Source of the DNA: Pinibacter soli
GTDB lineage: Bacteria > Bacteroidota > Bacteroidia > Chitinophagales > Chitinophagaceae
Assembly: GCF_029961145.1 (NCBI RefSeq)
Contig: NZ_JASBRG010000007.1
Span: forward strand, 598,155 to 662,154
Reading direction: 5' to 3'
Length of the DNA stretch: 64,000 nt
The position numbers were made by a program, and so were the translations under genes. Positions 27,134-37,333 of this stretch are shown piece after piece. A model generated the notes under the pieces. That model was given only the letters and a program-made list of their open reading frames with translations, ran no database searches and was not told where the DNA came from. Every line of letters begins with the position of its first letter. The stretch's first letter is position 1.

Positions 27134-29410
27134 ATGATGAAAAACATTCTCGCTTCGGCAATCCTGACAATCAGTTTATTACAGTTACATGCACAAAGCA
27201 TCATTCCGGAACCCGCGGAAATCAAGGCTTCCAAGGCGGACTTTACAATCACTCCTTCCACAACCATCGTTATGCAAGGAACGGGTTTAGAGAATGCAGC
27301 TTCATTTTTCAACGCCTATCTGCAGAAATACTATGGCTTTCAACTGAAGGTTGCAAGCGGCAACAACACTGCTAAAAACAGCATTGTGCTGAACTATGAG
27401 AAAATGGAATATCCTGTTCCAGGAGCGTATGTCATGAATGTAAACAGCAAGAATGTCTACATCGCCGGCGATAATGCACAAGGCACTTTTTATGGCATAC
27501 AAACATTAATACAATTGCTTCCGCCGGTCGCATCAAAGTCTTTGAAAGTTCCGGCTGTTGATATCAACGATCATCCGCGCTTTGCTTATCGCGGAGCAAT
27601 GCTCGATGTTTGCCGTCACTTCTTCGATGTTGATTTTGTAAAACAGTACATCGATTATCTCGCTATGTACAAGATCAATACTTTTCACTGGCACTTAACA
27701 GATGATCAGGGTTGGCGCGTAGAAATAAAGAAATATCCAAAACTCACATCAGTGGGTGCATGGCGCGATGGCACCATCATTGGCCGTTATCCCGGCACCG
27801 GAAATGACAGCATTCATTATGGAGGATTCTATACACAAGAACAAATCAAAGAAGTAGTGAAATATGCTGCTGACCGCTACATCACCATCATTCCTGAAAT
27901 AGAAATGCCGGGTCACGCATCTGCAGCGCTAACAGCGTATCCAAATCTTGGCTGCACCGGCGGTCCTTACAAAGTGCAGCAGACATGGGGCGTTTTCGAT
28001 GATGTTTTTTGTGCGGGAAACGATAGCGTTTTTACATTCCTGCAGGATGTGTTGGATGAAGTCATTCCCTTGTTCCCCGCGGCATACGTGCATGTTGGTG
28101 GCGATGAATGCCCGAAAACAAGCTGGAAAAAATGTCCGAAATGTCAACAAAGAATCAAGGACCAACATTTAGCAGACGAGCATGCTTTACAAAGCTATTT
28201 TGTACAACGCATGGAAAAATACATCAACAGCAAAGGCAAAAAGATCATTGGCTGGGATGAAATTCTGGAAGGCGGCATCGCACCAAACGCAACCGTAATG
28301 AGCTGGCGCGGAGAAGAGGGCGGCATCAATGCAGCGAAGCAAAATCATGATGTGATCATGACGCCGAACACATATGTTTACTTTGATTACGCACAAACCA
28401 AAACTGAAGACTCAGTAACCATCGGCGGTTTTATTCCGTTGGAAAAAGTGTACAGTTACGAACCTATCCCAGCTGTTTTAGATGCATCACAACAAAAACA
28501 TGTATTGGGTGCACAGGCAAATTTGTGGACAGAATACATCGGCTATCCTTCAAAAGTTGAGTACCAGGAGTTCCCGCGTTATGCAGCACTAAGTGAAGTA
28601 CTATGGAGCCCTGCATCGAAAAGAGATTGGAAAAAATTCGAGCAAAAACTTCCTGATGTTTTTAAGAAACTGTCTTTTCAAAAAACAACCTTCAGCACAG
28701 CTTACTACGACATACAGACATCTGTTACGCCGGGTCCCGGAGGAAATGGCGTTTCATGGAAAGTATTCACCAATAACACAGCGGGAAAATTATTGGTGTA
28801 CAACGCAGACAAGACAACTGTTGAAAAAGCGACTGTGTACGAATCTCCTATTGTGGTAACGAATAATGCCACTATGGTCGCCGTAGTAAAAAACGCTGAT
28901 GGCACGCTTGGCAAAGAGGTGCGTCAAACTTTTTCTTTCAATAAAGCCACTGGCAAAAAAGTTACCATCACCAAAATACCTGACCCAAAATACAGTGGTA
29001 ATGGCGGAGCTTCCGGATTGGTGAACGGCGTGAAGGCACAACGAGACATCAACTCGCCTGAATGGCTCGGCTGGTTTGGTGGCGATTGTGACGCAACTAT
29101 AGATTTAGGAAAAACAGAAAACATTTCGAAAGTGAATGTTCACATATTGTATCAACCCGCGAGCTGGATCTATGCTCCCAAATATGTACAGGTACAGGTG
29201 AGCAGCGATGGAAAAAACTTCACCGATGCAGGACAATCTGCAAACGTTGTTTACGAAAGTTATAACATGGGCAACATCACCGTTAATTTTGCGAATACTA
29301 ATTGCCGTTATATACGGGTATTAGTAAAAAATTACGGCACCATCGAAGAAGGCAAACAAGGCGCGGGAAATAAGTCGTGGACGTTTGTTTCGGAGATAGA
29401 GGCGGATTAG
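27134..29410 (+). CDS. Beta-N-acetylhexosaminidase (GH20) with a C-terminal F5/8-type-C (discoidin) domain
   Basis: GH20 catalytic core: HWHLTDDQGWR...IIPEIEMPGHASAA...HVGGDECPK...WDE. Signal peptide MMKNILASAILTISLLQLHAQS. The ORF is open from 27110. Confidence 0.85.
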   Translation: MMKNILASAILTISLLQLHAQSIIPEPAEIKASKADFTITPSTTIVMQGTGLENAASFFNAYLQKYYGFQLKVASGNNTAKNSIVLNYEKMEYPVPGAYVMNVNSKNVYIAGDNAQGTFYGIQTLIQLLPPVASKSLKVPAVDINDHPRFAYRGAMLDVCRHFFDVDFVKQYIDYLAMYKINTFHWHLTDDQGWRVEIKKYPKLTSVGAWRDGTIIGRYPGTGNDSIHYGGFYTQEQIKEVVKYAADRYITIIPEIEMPGHASAALTAYPNLGCTGGPYKVQQTWGVFDDVFCAGNDSVFTFLQDVLDEVIPLFPAAYVHVGGDECPKTSWKKCPKCQQRIKDQHLADEHALQSYFVQRMEKYINSKGKKIIGWDEILEGGIAPNATVMSWRGEEGGINAAKQNHDVIMTPNTYVYFDYAQTKTEDSVTIGGFIPLEKVYSYEPIPAVLDASQQKHVLGAQANLWTEYIGYPSKVEYQEFPRYAALSEVLWSPASKRDWKKFEQKLPDVFKKLSFQKTTFSTAYYDIQTSVTPGPGGNGVSWKVFTNNTAGKLLVYNADKTTVEKATVYESPIVVTNNATMVAVVKNADGTLGKEVRQTFSFNKATGKKVTITKIPDPKYSGNGGASGLVNGVKAQRDINSPEWLGWFGGDCDATIDLGKTENISKVNVHILYQPASWIYAPKYVQVQVSSDGKNFTDAGQSANVVYESYNMGNITVNFANTNCRYIRVLVKNYGTIEEGKQGAGNKSWTFVSEIEAD

Positions 29411-29413
29411 AGC

Positions 29414-29497
29414 GATGAGTGATGAGTATGTTGCGAAACTCATCACTCATCACTCATCACTCATCACTCATCACTCATTACTCATTACTCATTACTC
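29414..29497. repeat. Heptanucleotide tandem repeat (CTCATCA)x5 then (CTCATTA)x3, with a short inverted arm
   Basis: gatgagtgatgagtatg ttgcgaa actcatcactcatcactcatcactcatcactcattactcattactcattactca. The arms are asymmetric, about 2.5 versus 8 units. It lies between convergent genes. Confidence 0.75.
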
Positions 29498-30203
29498 AAA
29501 CATAGCTCTCACTATAATTCTCAATACTCGCAAACAACTCCTCATAAGAGTTGATCACGTAATACACTTCCTGGTATTTGTCTTTGATATAAGGTGTATC
29601 TAAGATTGTATGCAGGTCATAAGGCACACGTTTAGGCTGATCAGAGAATAGCGAATATTTTGTTTCACCGATAGATGACAATATTCCGGCACCGTACGCT
29701 TTAAGCACACCGTTTTGTTTGATTAAACCAAACTCGACTGTGTACCAGTACAAGCGGCTCATTCTTTCGATGAAATCTTCGTCATCAATATTTTTCAAAG
29801 CAATTACTGCAAGATTGCTCAAGAAGCCTGTAAACTCATGATTGGTCAATAAAGGCACGTGACCGAATACATCATGGAACATATCTGGTTCTTCAAGATA
29901 ATCGAGTTGTTGCATGGTACGCAACCAGGTAGCACACGGGAATTTTTTAAGCGCCAGGTTTTCGAAGAAAAGTTTATTGTCGATCAAACCCGGTACAGCA
30001 TAGATCTCCCAGCCGGTAATGTGCGATAAATTTTCATTTACTTTTCTAAAGTCGGGAATTTCGTCTGCCCTGAAGCCGCATTGTTCCATACCATCAATAA
30101 CCGCTTGAGAAGCATACTGAACGATTTGTGGGTGCTGGCGTGTGTAAAGCTGTTTCCAAACTTCGCGATCTTCTGAAGTGTACAATTCATATTGTTGTTC
30201 CAT
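29496..30203 (-). CDS. phhA: Phenylalanine-4-hydroxylase (aromatic amino acid hydroxylase)
   Basis: Iron-ligand region EPDMFHDVFGHVPLL...ERMSRLYWYTVEFGL, characteristic of bacterial PhhA. Confidence 0.85.
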   Translation of the reverse strand: MEQQYELYTSEDREVWKQLYTRQHPQIVQYASQAVIDGMEQCGFRADEIPDFRKVNENLSHITGWEIYAVPGLIDNKLFFENLALKKFPCATWLRTMQQLDYLEEPDMFHDVFGHVPLLTNHEFTGFLSNLAVIALKNIDDEDFIERMSRLYWYTVEFGLIKQNGVLKAYGAGILSSIGETKYSLFSDQPKRVPYDLHTILDTPYIKDKYQEVYYVINSYEELFASIENYSESYV

Positions 30204-30962
30204 GGCAAGTTGTATTTTAATTATACTATCGTTTGTTAGTCAAATTAAAGATAGTTTTTGAGATGGCCCGGCAGCCTCATTATATGATATATTATAAAAG
30301 ATGAAATAGAAAAATAATTTCTAACAACCGCCATTTTCAACCATCAATTGTAAAACAAAAAGCAATTTATAATGGAAGAATAACAAATTTCAGGTCTGTT
30401 TTTCCTGCGATAATTATTGGTCAGGTGGAAAGCACGTTTTAGAGCCGGTACAGAAAAACGGGTGCATCGAGAAGACGCGTTCAACGAGTCTCTACAGGGC
30501 ACTCTAATTCCTATCTCCTAATTTCTAATTCCTATTGCTCCTCCCCGCTTATCCACCTATCACGCCCCCAACACCCCATATTTACCACTCATCACACATA
30601 CTTTTCCGCTCTTCACTAGGCGAGTCCCGCTGCTCCTTAAATCACTCACAATGAAGCGATAGCGCGATATATCTTTACATCATCAAACAAAAAAGGAGCA
30701 CCTCTCCTACGAATATGAAACATAATATTGCGGTTCTTTTCCCAAACGACGGTTCCCAAATACTACCTGCAATCACCTTCAGTTCCTGACAAAAATTTAA
30801 GGCAAAAAAAGTACAAGCTAGCTAACAACTATGCATAAGCGCATATGTGCAATGTTACCAAACAATGCATTATGTGGTGGGCAAGTTATTGCTGAAAGCC
30901 GAAACGCTGACTCTCATGATTTTGATTGTTGTCATGATTTTTAAACCCAATATTCAGGATCT

Positions 30963-30985
30963 TGACAAATCATGATAATCATGAT
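30963..30985. promoter_or_regulatory. Direct repeat ATCATGATAATCATGATAATC (Fur-box-like GATAAT hexamers) upstream of the flotillin gene
   Basis: caaatcatgataatcatgataatctg about 60 bp upstream of the ATG at 31044. The related tcatgattttgattgttgtcatgattttt sits just 5' of it. Confidence 0.3.
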
Positions 30986-31043
30986 AATCTGTGTTCCCAT
31001 CTCAATCAAACAATTATCAAACAATAAAAACAAAACACAAACA

Positions 31044-32957
31044 ATGAACATCCCAACCCTTTTTGCCAGTTATTGGTGGATAGCACTGATACTGATCTTT
31101 ATCCTGTTCTACAAGTTCATTTTACGAATGTTCTTCGGTATGGTAATCGTACCGGAAAACCGAATTGGATTGGTTACAAAAAAATTCGTGTTAGTGGGTG
31201 CCAACCGTGGCCTGCCAGACGGACGCATCATCGCCACAAAAGGTGAAGCCGGTTTCCAGGCGCAAACCCTCGCTCCCGGTCTTTACTGGGGCATGTGGCC
31301 ATGGCAGTACGGTGTCGAAATGCAACCCTTCATGATAATTCCGGAAGGCAAGATTGGCCTTGTGTTGGCAAACGACGGTGCGCAATTGCCTACAGGTAAC
31401 ATCCTTGGTCGCACAGTGGACAGCGATCACTTCCAGGATGCTGAGAAATTCCTTAGCAATGGTGGTCAGAAAGGTAGGCAGACAGCGCTGCTGACTGCAG
31501 GTACATATCGTATCAACAGCTATGCGTTCACTGTGACTATCGCCGACATGACCATCATCCATGAAAACAAAGTGGGTATCGTTACAACGCTGGACGGTGT
31601 GCCAATTAAAGCCGGACAAATCGCCGGTGAGCAAATTGAAGGTCACAACAACTTCCAGGACGTTGATGCCTTTTTGGTAAACGGAGGTAATCGTGGTCTG
31701 CAACCGCAGGTAATGCTGGCCGGTAGCTACTTTATCAACCAGTGGGCGATCCAGATCGAGGAGATACCAATGACCAACGTACCGATCGGTCAAGTAGGTG
31801 TTGTGATCTCTTACATCGGTGAAGATGGTAAGGATATGACGGGTGATACTTTTAAACATGGTAACATCGTAAGCAAAGGTTTCCGTGGTGTGTGGATGGA
31901 GCCGTTAGGTCCGGGCAAATATCCTGTTAACACTTATACGATGAAAGTTGAATTGGTACCAACGACCAACCTTGTGTTGAACTGGGCAAATGCGAGAAGT
32001 GAAGCGCATGACCTTGATAAAAATTTAAGTACGATCACTGTTCGTTCAAGAGACGGTTTCCCTTTTAATCTTGACGTGGCACAGATCATTCACGTTCCTG
32101 CGAATGAGGCCCCAAAAGTGATTGCACGATTCGGTAGCATGACTAACCTTGTGTCGCAAGTGCTGGAACCAACAATTGGTAACTATTTCCGTAACAGTGC
32201 GCAGGACAGCGATGTGATCAGTTTCTTAAGCACTCGTAAGGAGAGACAGAAGTCTGCAAGGGAACACATCAAAGAAGTGCTTGACGAGTACAACGTAAAC
32301 GCCGTGGATACTTTGATCGGAGACATTGTTCCTCCGGAAGCATTGATGAAAACCTTAACGGACAGAAAGATCGCGGAAGAGGAACAAAAAACCTATCAAA
32401 CGCAAAAGATGGCGCAGGAACAAAGACAGGGTATGGAAAAAGAAACGGCGATTGCAGACATGCAGAAAGAGATCGTAAAAGCGCAGCAAAGTGTTGAGAT
32501 CGCTCAACGCACCGCAGATGCGGCCGTTAAGAAAGCTGAGGGTGATGCGACTAGTTTGAAACTGCAGGTAAACGCAGAATCTGAAGCCACCAAAATGCGT
32601 GCAAATGCAGAAGCGGAAGCTACAAAAGCAAGAGCCGGTGCACAAGCCGAAGCGACAAAGATAAACGCCAGCGCCGATGCTGAAAAGATCAGTAAAACAG
32701 GTTTGGCGGAAGCTGAAAAAATCATGGCGATTGGTAAGTCTACCGCTGAAGCATATGAGTTGCAGGTTAAAGCCATGGGTGGCGACAACTTTACCAAATA
32801 TAAGATCACCGAGGAAATTGGTAAAGGCAACATCAAGATCATCCCTGACCTGATCGTAAGTGGTGGAAATGGCAGCGATGGAAGCTTGAGTGGATTGATG
32901 GGGTTGCAGTTGCTGCAGATGTTGAAGGAAAATAAGCAAGCTAATGGCAATAATTAA
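31044..32957 (+). CDS. SPFH/band-7 (flotillin-like, YqiK family) membrane protein
   Basis: N-terminal TM helix, SPFH domain, and a long Ala/Glu/Lys-rich coiled coil (AEAEATKARAGAQAEATKINASADAEK) typical of bacterial flotillins. The ORF is open from 30972. Confidence 0.8.
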   Translation: MNIPTLFASYWWIALILIFILFYKFILRMFFGMVIVPENRIGLVTKKFVLVGANRGLPDGRIIATKGEAGFQAQTLAPGLYWGMWPWQYGVEMQPFMIIPEGKIGLVLANDGAQLPTGNILGRTVDSDHFQDAEKFLSNGGQKGRQTALLTAGTYRINSYAFTVTIADMTIIHENKVGIVTTLDGVPIKAGQIAGEQIEGHNNFQDVDAFLVNGGNRGLQPQVMLAGSYFINQWAIQIEEIPMTNVPIGQVGVVISYIGEDGKDMTGDTFKHGNIVSKGFRGVWMEPLGPGKYPVNTYTMKVELVPTTNLVLNWANARSEAHDLDKNLSTITVRSRDGFPFNLDVAQIIHVPANEAPKVIARFGSMTNLVSQVLEPTIGNYFRNSAQDSDVISFLSTRKERQKSAREHIKEVLDEYNVNAVDTLIGDIVPPEALMKTLTDRKIAEEEQKTYQTQKMAQEQRQGMEKETAIADMQKEIVKAQQSVEIAQRTADAAVKKAEGDATSLKLQVNAESEATKMRANAEAEATKARAGAQAEATKINASADAEKISKTGLAEAEKIMAIGKSTAEAYELQVKAMGGDNFTKYKITEEIGKGNIKIIPDLIVSGGNGSDGSLSGLMGLQLLQMLKENKQANGNN

Positions 32958-33354
32958 TAATTAATAGGTGCGGCAGCGAGACAATAATCCCTACTCTAAT
33001 CTTGAAACCTTGCGGTTGCTTTTTCCAGAATAGCCCCTGTGAACGCAAGTGTTTATCATGTAGTAAACATTAGCCCCTAAATCCCCTTACCCAAGCCGGC
33101 AGCAATGCCGGCTTTTTTTAATTAATAATTAATAAGTACTGTTGCAAATGATATCTGCAAACTCAAAGTTCTCAAAATTGCAACTCTGTGCCGCTGCCCC
33201 GTCCATCTATATTCAAATGCTGAAGTGTGCGACGCAACGATGTTCACCTGAATTACCGATGCACACCTAACAAACAACGATGACCACATCTTTAGTTTGT
33301 TAAATTAAATAACGAATACAGCTCTATTAATTCTTAATTATTAATTATTAATTG
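32949..33354. repeat. Composite AATTAAT-armed element(s) overlapping the flotillin stop codon, with an embedded terminator
   Basis: Arms aataattaataattaatagg (32949-), aattaataattaataag (33120-33137) and tattaattcttaattattaattattaattg (33325-33354). The internal terminator is aagccggcagcaatgccggcttttttt. Confidence 0.55.
33094..33120 (+). terminator. Rho-independent terminator after the flotillin gene
   Basis: gccggc-agcaat-gccggc stem followed by T7. Confidence 0.65.
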
Positions 33355-33414
33355 TTTCTCACCCTGCCGACGGAATGAAGTTTGAAGTTATAGTTTGAAC
33401 AAAACTCATGGCAT

Positions 33415-33609
33415 ATGAAAAACGACAATAAGTTCCGGGTAAAGGATGAAAAACAGCCTACTTTACCGAATGAAGATTTTGAAGGTGAAGACAAAGCTCC
33501 TGGTGAAGAACAAGGCATGTCCGAACTAGTAACAGAACGAGATATTAAAGGCAAAAAGAACGACGGTGATCCTGAGTTAGAGAGCGATCAACCGGTGAAA
33601 CAACAATAA
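33415..33609 (+). CDS. Small acidic hypothetical protein (64 aa)
   Basis: Hydrophilic, charged ORF. Its stop TAA is overlapped by the AACTGAAT repeat arm. Weak support. Confidence 0.3.
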   Translation: MKNDNKFRVKDEKQPTLPNEDFEGEDKAPGEEQGMSELVTERDIKGKKNDGDPELESDQPVKQQ

Positions 33610-33688
33610 CTGAATAACTGATTAACTGAATAACTGAGTGGTCGAATGCTGAAGTGCATGATCGGATAGCTACCACTCAGTTATTCAA
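33605..33688. repeat. AACTGAAT-armed inverted-repeat element
   Basis: ataactgaataactgattaactgaataactgagtggt ... accactcagttattcaat. Confidence 0.6.
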
Positions 33689-33689
33689 T

Positions 33690-33722
33690 AAAAAAGGACA
33701 GTCCTAAGAGCTGTCCTTTTTA
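33690..33722. terminator. Bidirectional rho-independent terminator
   Basis: aaaaaaggacagtcctaagagctgtccttttt: a 6-8 bp stem with an A-run upstream and a T-run downstream. Confidence 0.65.
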
Positions 33723-34615
33723 TCACCAATAACCAACAAACTGCGATGAGGTTAATTTTCCATTGCTGAAAAATAGAATCCCTCCTCACTTAAAACAAAA
33801 CCAGTAGAGACATAGAAAAATAATGAACGATGCATGATATCTTTTGCAGCCTGTAAATATGAACCCCCTAATTCCGGAGTTCGTTGAGCATATTTCACGC
33901 TTTGTATTTTTAATAATCCGATCTGGCTATTGTATCTTACTTGAATCTCTTTCATTTGAAAATCGGCAGCCAGTTCCGCTTGTGAGTTTGTTAGAATAGC
34001 GTCCATAACGAGATATTGGTTTTAAATAGAATATTAATATTAGAACGTATGTTTTTTCAAAAAATTGTTTAAATAAAAAACCACGGTAAAACACGTTTTC
34101 AGCGTCGTACCATGGTTAATAGATGTGAGATGCGAGGTCTCCGTTGTATATGTATATGTTTACACTTACATATTAGCAGTTTTTAATAAATCATTTGCTT
34201 TTCTTCGGCTATGCATTGCTCTTTTTCAGCTACTTAAAAGAATGCCCGTGCTGAAATCGTTTCGCGGAATAAATAATGTGCCGGATCCCTCTGCTGCGGT
34301 CCATTACGCTTAAACTTCCGTTTTCTTCGCCGTTTTTTAGCCTTTTTATAAAATAATAAGAAGCGGCTCCGGCAGCGATAGCGCCTAAAGCTATGGCTGG
34401 AATTATTTTTCTTTTTTTCATAAATTTTCTTTAGTTATTAATAATCAATTCATATGCCGCGCCAAATGTGGTTTACAGTCTGTTTGCCAGCGGATGTTTT
34501 TACATTAAAAATCAATGCTTTTTGATAATAGTTGCTTTAGGCAATTTTTTATTTTCAGGGTTATACATTAAAATTGCACGACACTAAAACCGTTTTTGGT
34601 ATATAATAATATAGT

Positions 34616-37216
34616 ATGGCAAAGAATTTACTGATTGTGGAGAGCCCGGCAAAAGCTAAAACCATTGAAAAAATCCTGGGGAAAGATTTCGAGGTGAAGA
34701 GCTCTTTTGGTCATATTCGTGACCTGGAGAAGGACGATATGGGGATTGACATAAACAATAATTTTCAACCTAGATATATAGTTCCCGAAGATAAAGAGAG
34801 AGTGGTTCGCGACTTGAAGAGCCTTGCGAAGAAAGCCGATGAGGTTTGGCTCGCTTCGGATGAGGACCGCGAAGGTGAAAGCATCAGCTGGCACTTAGCG
34901 GAAGTTCTCGGCCTGGATCCTAAAACCACCAAACGTATTGTTTTCAACGAGATTACTGCACCTGCCATCAGAAAAGCGGTGCAAAATCCCCGCACCATAG
35001 ATATGAACCTGGTAGATGCGCAGCAGGCCCGCCGCGTACTCGACAGGATCGTAGGTTTTGAATTGAGCCCTGTGCTGTGGAGAAAGATCGGTATGCAGCG
35101 TAGTCTGAGTGCCGGCCGTGTACAAAGTGTGGCGGTAAGATTGATCGTGGAAAGAGAAAGAGAGATTAACCAGTTTAGCGCAGTAAGCAGCTATAAAATC
35201 GATGCCTATTTTGTAGCAAACGATATAACAGGCAAGAAAGTAACTTTCAAGGCAGAGGGCCCCTCAAAAATTGATAGCGCCCAGGATGCACAAAAGTTCC
35301 TGGAAAGCTGCAAAGGGGCCAACTATACGGTTACGGACATTACCGTAAGGCCAACCAAACGTTCTCCTGCCGCACCTTTTACCACTTCAACACTACAACA
35401 GGAAGCGAGCCGGAAACTGGGTTATGGTGTAAGCCGTACAATGTTACTCGCACAGCGTTTATACGAAAGCGGTAAGATAACGTATATGCGTACTGACAGT
35501 GTGAACCTTAGCGACACCGCGATGGGCGAAATCAGAAACGAGGTTACAAGCAGCTACGGAGCTAAATACCACCAGCCACGTAAATACAAGAACAAAAACG
35601 AAAGTGCACAGGAAGCGCACGAAGCGATACGACCCACTTATATGGAAAACCATACTGTGGATGATCCCGATGCAAAACGTTTGTATGAGCTGATCTGGAA
35701 ACGTACCATTGCATCGCAAATGAGCGACGCCGAGTTTGAAAAGACTACAGCTAAAATTGACATTTCTACCAATAAGGATACACTAACCGCAACCGGCGAA
35801 GTGATGAAGTTTGACGGCTTCCTGAAAGTGTACCTTGAAGGAAAAGACGAGGAAGACGGTGATGACGAAAACGACAGCATCCTGCCTCCATTGCAGGTAA
35901 AACAGCAACTTGAATTTAAAGAGATGCTGGCCGCCGAAAGGTATACCCGCCCTGCACCACGTTACACAGAAGCATCGCTTATCAAAAAACTAGAGGAATT
36001 GGGTATTGGCCGTCCGAGTACGTACGCCCCGACAATTTCTACCGTCCAAAAAAGAAATTACGTCGAGAAACGCGATAAAGACGGCGTTTTAAGACAACTG
36101 AATATTCTTCATCTCGATAAGAAGAACGATATCTCTAAAGAAACTAAAACCGAGACCACCGGTGCAGAAAAAGGAAAGCTGTTCCCTACCGATCTGGGTA
36201 TGCTGGTAACCGACTTTTTAAAGCAGCATTTTAAAACGGTAATGGACTACGGTTTTACGGCTGAAATAGAAAGCGACTTTGATAAAATTGCCGAAGGCAA
36301 AATGAAGTGGAATAAAATGATAGATGAATTCTATTCGCCATTTCATAACAGTATAGAAGTAACACTTGAAACAGCAGAAAGAGCAAAAGGTGAACGTGAA
36401 TTGGGTGTTGAATCTGCAAGCGGCAAACAAGTAATTGCACGTATGGGGCGTTATGGCCCAATGGTGCAAATTGGTAGCGCCGACGACGAAGAGAAACCTC
36501 GTTTTGCACGCCTGAAATCCAATCAAAGCATCGAGACCATTTCATTTGACGAGGCAATGGATCTCTTTAAACTACCACTTACATTGGGTGAGTTTGAAGG
36601 AAAAGAAGTATCGGTAAACGTTGGCCGCTTTGGTCCTTATGTAAAATGGGGTGAAGACTTTATCTCCATTCCAAAAGGCGAAGATCCGCTAACTGTTGAT
36701 ATGGACAGAGCAATGGCCATTATTAACGTAAAACAGGTTGCTGATGCTCCTATCGCTTCTTATGAAGGCAAGCCAGTTACAAAAGGCAAAGGTCGTTTTG
36801 GTCCGTTCATTAAGTGGAACGACATTTTTATTAACGTACCAAGAGCCTACAATTTCGATACGCTTACACAGGCGCAATGCGAGGAACTGATCCAAAAGAA
36901 AATGGAAAAAGAGGCCAACCGTTATATACAACAGTGGCCGGAAGAAAAGATTTCTATTGAAAATGGTCGCTGGGGCGCATTCATACGCTTCCAAAAGAAA
37001 ATGTTGAAGCTGGGCAGAAAGGCTGATGGCACAAAATATAGTGAAGAAGAAGCGGCAGCCATTTCATTGGAAGATGTAAAGAAAATGATCGTAGAGCAGG
37101 TACCTAATGCTTTTGCAAAGAAAGCTGCCGCAAAGAAAACCGCAGCGAAAAAAACGGCCGCCAAGACTGCCACTAAAAAAGCAGCACCGAAGAAGGCCGC
37201 GCCAAAGAAAAAATAG
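34616..37216 (+). CDS. topA: DNA topoisomerase I with a Lys/Ala-rich histone-H1-like C-terminal tail
   Basis: TOPRIM (LLIVESPAKAKTIEKILG...ASDEDREGE), an active-site Tyr region, and C-terminal Zn-ribbon-like repeats. Tail is KKAAAKKTAAKKTAAKTATKKAAPKKAAPKKK. Confidence 0.95.
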   Translation: MAKNLLIVESPAKAKTIEKILGKDFEVKSSFGHIRDLEKDDMGIDINNNFQPRYIVPEDKERVVRDLKSLAKKADEVWLASDEDREGESISWHLAEVLGLDPKTTKRIVFNEITAPAIRKAVQNPRTIDMNLVDAQQARRVLDRIVGFELSPVLWRKIGMQRSLSAGRVQSVAVRLIVEREREINQFSAVSSYKIDAYFVANDITGKKVTFKAEGPSKIDSAQDAQKFLESCKGANYTVTDITVRPTKRSPAAPFTTSTLQQEASRKLGYGVSRTMLLAQRLYESGKITYMRTDSVNLSDTAMGEIRNEVTSSYGAKYHQPRKYKNKNESAQEAHEAIRPTYMENHTVDDPDAKRLYELIWKRTIASQMSDAEFEKTTAKIDISTNKDTLTATGEVMKFDGFLKVYLEGKDEEDGDDENDSILPPLQVKQQLEFKEMLAAERYTRPAPRYTEASLIKKLEELGIGRPSTYAPTISTVQKRNYVEKRDKDGVLRQLNILHLDKKNDISKETKTETTGAEKGKLFPTDLGMLVTDFLKQHFKTVMDYGFTAEIESDFDKIAEGKMKWNKMIDEFYSPFHNSIEVTLETAERAKGERELGVESASGKQVIARMGRYGPMVQIGSADDEEKPRFARLKSNQSIETISFDEAMDLFKLPLTLGEFEGKEVSVNVGRFGPYVKWGEDFISIPKGEDPLTVDMDRAMAIINVKQVADAPIASYEGKPVTKGKGRFGPFIKWNDIFINVPRAYNFDTLTQAQCEELIQKKMEKEANRYIQQWPEEKISIENGRWGAFIRFQKKMLKLGRKADGTKYSEEEAAAISLEDVKKMIVEQVPNAFAKKAAAKKTAAKKTAAKTATKKAAPKKAAPKKK

Positions 37217-37333
37217 GAGAATTTGAAAATTTGAAGATTTGAAAATGGTTGGTGCTAGTCTCTAACACGCCTGAGTGACTTCAGTCGGGCAGGAACTAAG
37301 AACTTCGAACCAACAACTATCAACTAATTAAAC

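Noticed and set aside
29414-29497. Possible CRISPR array (regularly spaced short repeats here and in other intergenic tracts)
   Set aside because: The units are 7-8 bp and directly tandem, with no spacers of 25-40 bp. There are no cas genes in the window. These are microsatellite-like arms of intergenic elements, not CRISPR.
30420-30510. SRP (4.5S) RNA-like motif GGTCAGGTGGAAAGCACG
   Set aside because: It only loosely resembles the conserved domain-IV GGUCAGGUCCGGAAGGAAGCAGCC sequence. The conserved GGAAGCAGC is not present and no convincing helix could be drawn. Not called.
33752-34421. Two small minus-strand ORFs (84 and 63 aa) between the repeat cluster and topA
   Set aside because: No motifs and no convincing composition. 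Left uncalled as genes. The region may be non-coding.
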